DNA of 62,872 nucleotides, filler included, from Stramenopiles sp. TOSAG23-3 (Eukaryota): the NCBI GenBank assembly GCA_900128585.1. It is 4 parts of 4 records of this genome, joined end to end, with 100 filler letters (N's around TTAATTAATTAA, not from the genome) between each part and the next. Parts side by side here need not be neighbours in the genome. Positions count along the whole stretch, not along the records: positions 1 to 29,219 come from LT642239.1; 3 more parts are not named here. One strand, written 5' to 3'. The notes under the pieces were generated by a model. The model saw nothing but the letters and a program-made list of their open reading frames with translations. It did not search any database and was not told the DNA's origin. Within the stretch, counting starts at the first letter, position 1. The number at the start of each line of letters is the position of its first letter. Below, in pieces: positions 11,381 through 21,254 of the stretch. The position numbers and the translations under genes are program-made.

Positions 11381-12910
11381 ATGTTCCGAAGTATTGTTGC
11401 CCGCGCGAGCTCAAAGCGTGCGCTGTCCCGTGGAATCAAGACGACCGTCGCGCGCCACGAAGAGCCGGCTTTGACTCGTATTTACGGAGGCCTGCAAGAC
11501 CAAGACAGGATATTTAGTAACATTTACGGGGAAGAAAGTTGGCGAATCGATGCTGCCATGAAGCGTGGGGACTGGTTCCGCACAAAGGACTTGTTGACCA
11601 TGGGCCCGGACGGTATCGTCGACGAAGTCAAGGCGAGTGGTTTGCGGGGGCGAGGCGGGGCTGGGTTCCCGTCCGGCTTGAAGTGGAGCTTCATGCCGAA
11701 AGCATCCAACGACGGACGACCACAATTTTTGGTCGTAAACGCCGACGAGAGCGAGCCAGGCACCTGTAAAGATCGAGAAATCATGCGCAAGGAACCGCAC
11801 AAGTTGATCGAGGGCTGCCTCTTGGCCGGTTTCGCCATGCGGGCCCGCGCAGCGTACATTTACATCCGTGGCGAGTTCTTCAACGAGGCCATGATCATGG
11901 AAGAAGCCGTCCACGAGGCCTACCAGAAGGGCTTTCTCGGAAACAACGCCTGCGGAAGTGGTTACGACTTCGATGTATACATTCACCGTGGGGCTGGCGC
12001 CTACATCTGTGGGGAAGAAACTGGCCTTTTGGAGAGCCTCGAAGGGCGGCAAGGCAAGCCCCGCCTGAAGCCGCCGTTCCCGGCAAACTGCGGGCTCTAT
12101 GGGTGCCCCACGACCGTGACCAACGTCGAAACGGTGGCCGTCTCGCCGACCATTTTGAGGCGGGGGGGCGACTGGTTCGCGTCCTTCGGACGCCCCAACA
12201 ACGCAGGCACGAAACTTTTTTGCATCAGTGGGCACGTGAACAACCCCTGCACGGTCGAGGAAGAGATGAGTATCCCGTTGAAGGATTTGTTGGAAAAGCA
12301 TTGCGGCGGCGTTCGAGGCGGCTGGGACAACATGCTTTTTACAATCCCAGGGGGATCGTCCGTACCGGTGATCCCCAAGTCTGTATGCGACGATGTGTTG
12401 ATGGATTTCGACGCCTTGAAGGAAGTTCAAAGTGGGCTGGGAACGGCAGCCGTCACCGTCTTCGACAAGTCAGTCGACCCGATCGCTTGCATTAGGCGCC
12501 TCGCCCATTTTTACAAGCACGAAAGTTGTGGCCAGTGTACTCCCTGCCGGGAAGGGACGGGCTGGCTGGAACAAATGCTCGACAGGATGGAAGTGGGCGA
12601 TGCGGACAAGCGCGAAATCCCAATGCTCGAGGAAGTCTCGCGGCAGATCGAAGGGCACACAATTTGCGCCCTAGGAGATGCCGCGGCCTGGCCCGTGCAA
12701 GGCTTGATTCGCCACTACAACGATACGTTGCACGAGCGTATTGACGATGCTGCCAACGGCACGTTAGATCTTAGCAAATATTACCAACGGTCTTGGACTG
12801 GTGGGGAGTTTACGAACCAGGAGTGGGTCAAACAGCACGGCGAAGGGAAGACGTGGGAGCCGAAGAAGGCATCATCCTTATCAAGTGCTGCCGCACCAGA
12901 AGAAAAGTGA
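11381..12910 (+). CDS. NDUFV1: NADH:ubiquinone oxidoreductase 51 kDa flavoprotein subunit (509 aa)
   Basis: [41 protein letters not shown] and the Fe-S motif [11 protein letters not shown]...TICALG. Arg/Ser-rich presequence [13 protein letters not shown] starts at ATG 11381. Confidence 0.98.
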   Translation: MFRSIVARASSKRALSRGIKTTVARHEEPALTRIYGGLQDQDRIFSNIYGEESWRIDAAMKRGDWFRTKDLLTMGPDGIVDEVKASGLRGRGGAGFPSGLKWSFMPKASNDGRPQFLVVNADESEPGTCKDREIMRKEPHKLIEGCLLAGFAMRARAAYIYIRGEFFNEAMIMEEAVHEAYQKGFLGNNACGSGYDFDVYIHRGAGAYICGEETGLLESLEGRQGKPRLKPPFPANCGLYGCPTTVTNVETVAVSPTILRRGGDWFASFGRPNNAGTKLFCISGHVNNPCTVEEEMSIPLKDLLEKHCGGVRGGWDNMLFTIPGGSSVPVIPKSVCDDVLMDFDALKEVQSGLGTAAVTVFDKSVDPIACIRRLAHFYKHESCGQCTPCREGTGWLEQMLDRMEVGDADKREIPMLEEVSRQIEGHTICALGDAAAWPVQGLIRHYNDTLHERIDDAANGTLDLSKYYQRSWTGGEFTNQEWVKQHGEGKTWEPKKASSLSSAAAPEEK

Positions 12911-13116
12911 ACAGGGCAGAATGTTGAAATTAAGATGGTCTTAAAAATATACGCAATTATCGCGCAGTATTTTAACCTCAACAAGATTATTTACGAAGTA
13001 ATTCTTATACCCCCCCCCCCGCACAACATAAAGAGTGTGTTAATTTGTTTAGAGTGTTACTTAGTAATACCCAGAACAGCTTTTATTTATAACCCGGCGT
13101 GCCGTGCACAATTTTT

Positions 13117-14811
13117 TCACAACTCTTTGTAGTGACGCCTGGGCCAATTTGGTAAATTAGACAAATGCACTTCTTCGGCTGGTGGTGGAAGAATGGACCA
13201 AGTTTTCTTCAGCTGGTCTTCCTCCTGTGAAAGGTTTGAAGCAGCCTGGGTAGGCGGGATCGCGGCGTACTCGGACGCTACTTCATGGTACTCTACGTCT
13301 GGCGAATGATCCAAGACTCCTTCCGAGAATTTCCAAGATCCGGTGAGGCCCGAACTCTGACTGATGTTTGCAACGTCTGGGCTAGAGGAAGACCGCTCGC
13401 CGGGCGAATGGACGGACGTTGCCTCGGACAGTTGGTGCTGAAGCTCGTTCAGCATGATAGACAACTCCTCATCCCTCATCTCCTTCTGCTTTCTCAATTT
13501 GTTTATGGTGTTTTTCCCCGGGACAAAGAACGGCCGCGTGCAGTCGCGTTGGGGGCTCGACAGAGATTCCCCAAAGCAGAGGGACCCGCCGTTCAACTCC
13601 GCCTTTTCCCTTAAATGTGGAGCAAGTTTTGACAAGTAATGTTCTCGGGCTCGTCTTCGAAAGTTTGACACCGCAGGCTGACACGTAGAAGGCCTGAATC
13701 TGAACCTTGGCAGCACCGCTATCTTTCCATTTGACAACGTCGTGGTATTTCCCCTCTTTTGGGAGACCAAATCTTCGTTTGGAAACAACTTTTTGTTAAT
13801 TTCGGCCCAGTTAATTTCGGGTTGGGATTCTTGCTGTTCGACTAAGAAGTCATTGAAAAGGGCGAACCAGTCCGATTCGTACCACGGCCGCTGCTCGTCC
13901 TCAACAAGCCGGTTGCGTCGCGCCATAGTCCGGGTGTGGGCCCTGACTTGATCAGCGCGAACCTCACACATCCGGACATTCATGTCATACCTATCTAACT
14001 TATTGTACAATGATGGCTCTACCGTGTCTTCAAACGGTGTCTGCGGGCGTGAGTTTGCAGTGGACATAGAAATATTGCTCTGTGCCGTGTTGACCCTTGA
14101 CGTGGGCAGTCGCGCTGTGGAGGCACTCTTTACCCTCTTATCCCTTCCCAACGGCTTCAAATTGGAACGGACTAAAGATGCACTCTTGTTCGCTTTCTCT
14201 ATGCTCGGCATACACAAAAATTCCGCGGTGGAAAGAGAAGTATTTCGCACTTGCACGGGATCAGTATATTCTATTTTATACGTATAATTCCTGGGAATAT
14301 CGGGGGACGTATGCGGTCGCTTTAGCTTGTTATTCTGTTTCCGCTTTTTAATCGTGCGTTGTCGTCGTCGTCGTCGTCTTCGAACGCCCCCTTTATTCCG
14401 CCAGACAGGTGGTTTGAGTTTTTTCACAGACGATCGAGACCTTGCGGGGTGTTTCAGGTTGGTTGGAAGTGTATTGGGCTGCGCAAGAGGCCAAGTACAA
14501 CATGGATCGCCTAATTCTTGGCCGTTCGTGAAGCCATCGCCATCGCTATCGGCTTTGCACAAAGACTCGGTCCATTTTAAACCCGAATCCAAGAATGCTT
14601 GTCCAAAGTTGTTCAACGGGAGCGTTCCACCTTGACACGTTTTGTGGCCCAGACCCCCGCACAAGCCGTCAAAACATCCTTCTGCCCCTTCGTAGCAAGG
14701 CACTCTGTTCGCGTTTGGGAGACGATTTTGGTACGAGGGACGGGCTCCGGCCGGACTGCAATGACTGAGAATCACAGCCGACGCAAAAGCTAAATAGGCA
14801 AAGGGTTTCAT
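13117..14811 (-). CDS. Signal peptide + temptin-like domain joined to a basic/disordered region with a Myb-like motif
   Basis: RLPNA..C...GLGH..C.GG..LNNFGQAF...WTESLC.ADSDGDG.TNGQELGDPCC.W...HP is temptin-like; the remainder is unrelated. Uninterrupted 564-aa ORF. Confidence 0.65.
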   Translation of the reverse strand: MKPFAYLAFASAVILSHCSPAGARPSYQNRLPNANRVPCYEGAEGCFDGLCGGLGHKTCQGGTLPLNNFGQAFLDSGLKWTESLCKADSDGDGFTNGQELGDPCCTWPLAQPNTLPTNLKHPARSRSSVKKLKPPVWRNKGGVRRRRRRRQRTIKKRKQNNKLKRPHTSPDIPRNYTYKIEYTDPVQVRNTSLSTAEFLCMPSIEKANKSASLVRSNLKPLGRDKRVKSASTARLPTSRVNTAQSNISMSTANSRPQTPFEDTVEPSLYNKLDRYDMNVRMCEVRADQVRAHTRTMARRNRLVEDEQRPWYESDWFALFNDFLVEQQESQPEINWAEINKKLFPNEDLVSQKRGNTTTLSNGKIAVLPRFRFRPSTCQPAVSNFRRRAREHYLSKLAPHLREKAELNGGSLCFGESLSSPQRDCTRPFFVPGKNTINKLRKQKEMRDEELSIMLNELQHQLSEATSVHSPGERSSSSPDVANISQSSGLTGSWKFSEGVLDHSPDVEYHEVASEYAAIPPTQAASNLSQEEDQLKKTWSILPPPAEEVHLSNLPNWPRRHYKEL

Positions 14812-15659
14812 TGGTTGTGCAATCGAAGTGTATGTAAGTGAATTATACGAAGTTCTGCAATGGCAATTTTTGTCATTAAAGTTTCTGTCTTTTTAAAGTA
14901 CTTGTGTCTATACTTCTGCACCTAATTTCAATTATTTAATAATAATAAATAAGAAAATATAAACAAAAGAAAGAAGTTTGAAGATTTGTTGTATGATGAT
15001 TGGGTGATATAGCCACTATTACAACACTTACACCTTCAATAATAACTCTCAGCTTCTACCTCTACCGGTAAAGAAGATCTAAAAGAAGAAATGAATATAT
15101 ATAAATAATAATATTGTTGATGGTTTCAAACTTGGGCATTGGTCGTCATCATCATCGATCTTAGTACGGTACAGGTATGGTACCCGGTACCAGGTAATAC
15201 TGTGTGTATTCCTAGTCACACAGTGTTCATATTTTAAATTATAAAATATAAGAATCATTCCTTTTAAAAAAATTCTTTTCATTCATTCAATCAAGCGATT
15301 TCGTTTAAATTTCTTATTATATATCATTCATGTTACATTAAAAGAAAAACAACCAAAAATTTTACACCAAATCGAATTATTACTAGTTTTTGATAGGAAA
15401 TATTATTATTCTAATGTAATTACAAGTATACTAATGAAAGGATTCTTCTCTTTTCTTCTTTTTTTCTCCAAGGGAAGGAAGGGAAGAAATCAATTTTAGA
15501 ATCGAAGATACAAATGATAGGAGATAATATTAACCAACACTAATTACCATTACTTATAAGTACAATTTATAAAAATGATCCCTTTGTATTGTACATACGA
15601 GGACTACTAAGGGGCTATTCAACTATAATACGAACGGAAGTCGTCTAAGCAAGCGTTTC

Positions 15660-15772
<113 letters not shown>

Positions 15773-16335
15773 CACTCAACTCGTTCATCACTCACGTCCT
15801 TGCTGTTGCTATTGTACATTAAAAAAAAAAAAGTCGTTGGTGAATATAATAATAAATACTATATTTATAGCTGAGTGAGGTGAGGTATTTATTTATTATA
15901 CAATCGTAGCTTTTTAATAGGAACAGGGAGGGAGAGAGGAAGAGGGGAGGAGGGGGCACATGTGTGATGATAATTAAGCTTAAAAACAAAAATGAATTAG
16001 TAAGCTTTTGTAACGACTAATTTTAAAGAAGAAAAAGATAAAAGAAGAGTAGCTAGACTATGATGAAGAAGAACGGTGAAATAAAAAAATAAAAAGTAAC
16101 ATGGTAATACAATGGAAACATATATCAGTCGTTTCGTTTCGTTTGTTTGTTGTTCGGAGTTAGCAAGCAAATCGAACGGGATGGTTTACAATTTTCATGA
16201 AAGTGCACATCCACATTAAAAAAAAAGGAAGAACAAGACTTTCAATCTACATTCGTAATTAACAGTCGAAGACAAGAAATAACTTGTGCAAACGATCTTT
16301 CCACTTAAAAAGAAAAGAAAAAAGAAGCCGTTGAA

Positions 16336-17847
16336 ATGCAGTTTACACCGCAGCAGCTTGCAGGGGCAGGGCGATACTCACACAAAACCCGCATTGGAAA
16401 TTGGTGCGAAGATCTGGCCATTGAAGAGGTAAAACTGAATGATTTTATGTCTAACAAGCGAAATGGAACATTGCTGACCATGCAGGCAGGCATCCAACAA
16501 GAAACGTCGTTGCAGCCGGTCCCGTTGACGTTTGCGAGAGAGGGCATACTCCGGTTTGGGGACAGCATCAAAATTCAGAGTTTAGCGACAAACGGCACAT
16601 TGGCCTGTAACATCTTCGAGAGAAACTCACAGGATGGAGAGAGCTTTGCCGCGTCTTGCGCTCCAGCAGGCAGCAAGACTACTAAAGTGCAACCATCGTG
16701 CGCACGAAACACGTTTGTTCTTGAGAAATGGCCAAAGTACAACTACCCTGACGACATTCTGCGCGTCGGCCAACCGTTTCTTTTGGGATGTAACCCATCG
16801 CTCCGAGTTGATAAGAAGAGTGGGATGCTGCGCAATCTTGCCTATTTATCCTCGCGGATCGTGGATACAAACAGATTTGCAAAGATGTCCAATCACCAGG
16901 AGGTCTGCTTTCAAGGCGGCGACCTCAAGTACAGCATGGTATGGACGGCAGTAAACGTTGCAAATCGTCGTTACCAAACTGCGGGGGGGCCTGTCATGGC
17001 AAACCAGCCCATCGTGTTCTCGCACAAAGCCACAAACACTCCCTTGGCCTGCGACCCAAACTACAGTTGCCTCAACGACTTTGGGAACGAATACGAAGTT
17101 GCTGGCCACCAGTATCTTAAGTACGGAAAAACGTTGAACTTGATCAACGAAAAAGATGGTCTTTGCACGGGAGAAGTGCGGCAGCGCGCGGAACTTGCCT
17201 ACAACCAGTGGGCCATTGTGACCGCTTCGACAGCGGACGAGGCAATAGACCGCCGCAAGTTCGTAAAGATGACCCCGGAAGTCGTCCTGGAACGGATTTG
17301 CAACGCCATTAAAAGCCGTGGATCTCACGGTTTTCGTGGGCTTGCGCGGTTGTTCAATATAATCGACGACCGGGGAAATGGTGTGCTGGATGCTCAAGAA
17401 TTTCGTTTTGGGCTGATTGACTTTGGGATCGACCTGCCACAGGAAGAATTCGACATGGTCCAAAAAGTCTTCGACGTAAACGGCGATGGATTTATCTCTT
17501 TCACTGAATTCCTGCAAACGATCCAAGGACCTCTACCCCCAAATCGCGCGGAAGTAATTCGCCAAGCCTACGACGTTTTAGACAAAAATCACGACGGAGT
17601 GCTGACAAAGGCAGATCTAGCAGGTGTATACGATGCGGCAAAGCACCCCGATGTTGCGAGCAACAGAAAGACCGAAGGGGAGATCCTCGAAGAGTTTTTA
17701 TCGCACTGGGATACAGAAAAGGCGGATGGAATAATATCATGGTCTGAATTCGAGCGTTACTACCGTGACATGAGCGCAGGGATTGATAGCGACGAGTACT
17801 TTCAAGCGATGGTGGCAGGCGCGTATGGACTGAGCAGCAAAAAATGA
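16336..17847 (+). CDS. CFAP161: CFAP161-like axonemal protein with a C-terminal calcyphosin-like EF-hand domain
   Basis: YSHKTRIGNWCED, LRFGDSI, CARNTF and FG.EYEV match CFAP161. C-terminal GFRGLARLFNIIDD, DVNGDGFISFTEF, DKNHDGVLT and IDSDEYF match calcyphosin. Confidence 0.82.
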   Translation: MQFTPQQLAGAGRYSHKTRIGNWCEDLAIEEVKLNDFMSNKRNGTLLTMQAGIQQETSLQPVPLTFAREGILRFGDSIKIQSLATNGTLACNIFERNSQDGESFAASCAPAGSKTTKVQPSCARNTFVLEKWPKYNYPDDILRVGQPFLLGCNPSLRVDKKSGMLRNLAYLSSRIVDTNRFAKMSNHQEVCFQGGDLKYSMVWTAVNVANRRYQTAGGPVMANQPIVFSHKATNTPLACDPNYSCLNDFGNEYEVAGHQYLKYGKTLNLINEKDGLCTGEVRQRAELAYNQWAIVTASTADEAIDRRKFVKMTPEVVLERICNAIKSRGSHGFRGLARLFNIIDDRGNGVLDAQEFRFGLIDFGIDLPQEEFDMVQKVFDVNGDGFISFTEFLQTIQGPLPPNRAEVIRQAYDVLDKNHDGVLTKADLAGVYDAAKHPDVASNRKTEGEILEEFLSHWDTEKADGIISWSEFERYYRDMSAGIDSDEYFQAMVAGAYGLSSKK

Positions 17848-17947
17848 GTCATCAGCAGTTTATCGTTCGTCACCTTGCCATTTCGAGCTCAATGCAAACT
17901 TCAAAAATAAATTTATCTCATATTTACCGGAATATAGGGTTTGAGGA

Positions 17948-17993
17948 AGCTAAATTTAATTACTTAAATAACAGCCAATTTTCTTGTTTTTAA
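17948..17993 (+). repeat. Dispersed ~34-46 nt AT-rich element, copy 1
   Basis: TTACTTAAATAACAGCCAATTTTCTTGTTTTTAA (17960-17993) is identical to 21193-21226 and related to the reverse complement of 61836-61877. Confidence 0.85.
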
Positions 17994-18328
17994 AATAAAT
18001 ATTTATATATATATATAAAGGAATAAAATATGATGATATGGTGTGTACATGATGTAGTATAATTATTATAAAAAATAATAATTATTAAATATATATTAGT
18101 ACTGTATTATGATGATGATGTAAATTAATTATAATTATAATCATAGGACTAATAATAATACCATATCATATTTTTTTACATTAAATATGAATGCATTCTA
18201 TCTCACTTTCATTTCCTTTGAATTCTTTTATCTCATTTTGACATGTGCGATTTATACCCCCTGAAAAAACACATAGTTATATACATGAAACCAAACTGCT
18301 GTTGGGTGTGATCAAATACCCCAGGAAA

Positions 18329-18634
18329 TTAACAGTAAAAAAAAAACATGATTATCAATTTGCTTGTCCTGTGCATTCTGCATGTCGGAAATGCCCATGG
18401 AAATGTGCCGCCCGCTTCTGTCATGGTTTTAGGGTTGTTTTCTAACCATCGCCATGCTGACAACACCATTGACCACTCTTTGCAGCTGCCAAAAAAATTA
18501 CATGAATCACTGTATTGTCCTCTATCACATTTAGAACAAAAGCCTATCACAACCCCCGATTTTCCTTGCGGACAGCAAGCATAACTCTTTTGGTAAAGTT
18601 CCCCTACCAAAACCACCAACAGCAAAGACCTCAT
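18329..18634 (-). pseudogene. Possible fragment of a secreted Cys-rich (GCC2/GCC3- or TNFR-like repeat) gene
   Basis: Signal-like MRSLLLVVLVGELYQKSYA, then CCPQGK...CSKCDRGQYS..C....CK, after which the pattern stops; no convincing splice continuation found. Confidence 0.35.
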
Positions 18635-19045
18635 GAAGGCTTGCTGTCGACGACTGCAATTACCGTACATGTTCGTTCCGAGTAAAAAAATAAAAAATAA
18701 GTCTAGATTTTTGCGCTTTCGTTGTTAATCTATATGAACTTAAATATCACGTGTGGACTTTTATTGCAAACTTTTGATTTAAAAAACAATAGATTATGCA
18801 AACGATTCTTTTCATACAAATTCTAAAGAAATACATATATATGTGCATAATGCAAAGTAATGTGCTCTTCTCTCTCGTCTTCATCCACCTTACTTCTTCA
18901 TATATTCTTCATATATATAGTCATATCATCATAATACATTTAAAAAAAGTCATTATAAAAAATACATTATTTAAATTACGTTGCATAACATGTAAATAGT
19001 ATGAAATAATTGTGGACTTTCCCCAAGCACCTACTTCCCTTTAAA

Positions 19046-19138
19046 ATCGACAAAGTATCCTCCCCATTCTTTTCATATCGACAAAGTATCCTCCCCATTC
19101 TTTTCATATCGACAAAGTATCCTCCCCATTCTTTTCAT
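19046..19138. repeat. 31-bp minisatellite, 3 perfect copies
   Basis: ATCGACAAAGTATCCTCCCCATTCTTTTCAT x3. Confidence 0.95.
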
Positions 19139-19366
19139 AAGAGATATTCGTTCAATTTCATAGACCATTCCTTCATTTTTTATATGTGATATAATTTGAT
19201 AGTAAATACAATCTTAGGTATAATCTACAATACCTCGTAGTAAATATATAGCATATGTTATTTTCATATTTCTCTGTTCTCAACTAAGCCCAACCAAGCA
19301 TCAGGCACCAAGCCATCTACAAAAGCAGCAGAGCCTTCTCTGGTGAAAAAAAAGGAGGTACCGTAG

Positions 19367-19415
19367 GTACCCAGTACCCAGTACCCAGTACCCAGTACCC
19401 AGTACCCAGTACCCA
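19367..19415. repeat. (GTACCCA)7 heptamer array
   Basis: Seven perfect units; the same unit occurs at 53477-53511. Confidence 0.95.
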
Positions 19416-20005
19416 GTCTGTATTGGACGTTCAATGGTTCATCCTTTCCCTTCATTCTATTGCTCTGTTGCTTAAGTAAACGCATAATAAATAAGGGTCC
19501 TTACCACTATTTAAAAACCACTAATTATATAGAGTCCATTGGATTGTATAAGATGTCTCTATTGATTAATTATATTAAGAAATAGAATCTTTTATCTTCG
19601 AGTGACGAATAATATTTTCGAAAGTAATATATAATACCTTAATTATTGAATATGACATGAATGAAACGCTTATTAAATATTTATTATTATGCAAGTCTCT
19701 ATTAGTGAATTAGCTATAGGGGCTATTATGCTATTATTATACTATAATAAAATTAAATAATATGGATTGTTGTGTAACGTTTGTTGTTGTATTATTAGAC
19801 ATGTGATAATAAAAAATGCTGCTGTTTTTTTACCCTCTTCTTCTTCTACCTTTTTCAGAAATGATGTAGAAGGAAGTACAAAACATCAGGAAGTGAACCC
19901 ATTTCAAATGTGTACAATGGGCAGACGCATTGAAATATTTCTCAAGCGAAAACTATTCACCCTGTTTTACCAAAAAATTACAAGGTAACCATCAAACGGA
20001 TCAAG

Positions 20006-21054
20006 ATGCGCGTCGTCATTATGTCAGGAATGAAGGACGATTTTGGGTTCGAAGCAAACACTCAGTTTGTTCCAAGGGGCCCCACCGTACCTGCTTTTGC
20101 GTTCCAGTCGAAGCCGACATCGACGGTGTTGAAATCTGAAAAAGTGATTCGAACGAAGATTGTGGATTCGCAATTTGTAAACTTGAACTATGCCGTCAAA
20201 AATTTACGGCATAACCAGAACTTGGGCAGCAAATACGCCATTGCATATATTATTTTGAAGGGGAAGGAGCCAAAGTTTAGATGCTCTGGTCATCACGTCC
20301 AGCCCATCATTGAGGCAGTTCGAAAATGGAACGATATGCTAGAGCCCTGCTACGACGCAATAATTTGGGTAGATGCGGAGCATGGGCGTTACACCAACCA
20401 GCGTCGGACAGTTGCTTCCAGACCACTTATTGTTAGCGTTCCAACGTGTCGGTTTTTGGCCAGGCAGGGCCTGGACGAATCGTCTGCTTCCATTATAAAA
20501 CCCAACTTGGCAAGAAAGTACGACCTTAGACCTGTTCCAACCAGCAGAGAAATAATTAAAGAAAATGGCCACCCAGCTTACGGCAGCATCTACGCCCGAA
20601 TCGAGCAAGGGCCGGGGCCGAACCATTACGATGTAAACCAAATTCGTTACAACGAACATGTACAACGAAAAGCTCCGTCGTATACCATGTCTGGTTGGCC
20701 GAAGGAGAAGAAGTTGGCATTGCCCGGGGAGGAGGAGGAAGAAATGGCGGATTCTAACATTATAGATAGCGAAGATGAGGACGAATACGAAGATTACGAA
20801 ATGATCATAGTCCTCGCCCAGTCTTTGGGGGGGCCCCGAGGTTTCCAGAGGACGTCCACAAGAGCCGGAGCAAACGACAAGTGTTGCAGGTGAGGCGAAA
20901 TGAGGTACACTTTATCCAGTGCACGGACGAAAGCCCAGGCCCCCAATATTTACCGGTGCCTAGTCTATGGGGATTGAGGGGAAATGTCGGCGCAATGTCT
21001 AAGCCAGAAAAAATGAACCATGGAACATCGTTCGGAAAAAGCCCCAGGTTTTAA
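20006..21054 (+). CDS. SHIPPO/ODF3-like PGP-repeat protein with a 1-nt frameshift near 20800
   Basis: GPGPNHY...APSYTM lies in the track frame. The -1 frame from 20800 is open to TAA 21052-21054 and reads SPRPVFGGAPRF...SPGPQY...SFGKSPRF. 5' end uncertain. Confidence 0.6.
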
Positions 21055-21154
21055 CTCATTCTGACCGGGGGAGAGTAGACTTGTTTTTCGTAAAGGAACT
21101 CCGAACTGAACTCTACTGGTATGAAGGAACTCTTAATCTAAAGTCAAGAAAACT

Positions 21155-21226
21155 TTACTTATAAATAACAGCCATATTTTTGTAAACTGAACTTACTTAA
21201 ATAACAGCCAATTTTCTTGTTTTTAA
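21155..21226 (+). repeat. Dispersed AT-rich element, copy 2 (one partial plus one full copy)
   Basis: Full 34-mer at 21193-21226; partial TTACTTATAAATAACAGCCA from 21155. Confidence 0.85.
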
Positions 21227-21254
21227 CTGAATTAAGTTTTTATAGTTAATTTTT

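Noticed and set aside
11411-12430. Long antisense ORFs (also 59257-60444 and others)
   Set aside because: Shadow frames of GC3-rich genes with no motifs.
19046-19138. 31-bp repeats as a CRISPR array
   Set aside because: Head-to-tail with no spacers, no cas genes, eukaryotic context.
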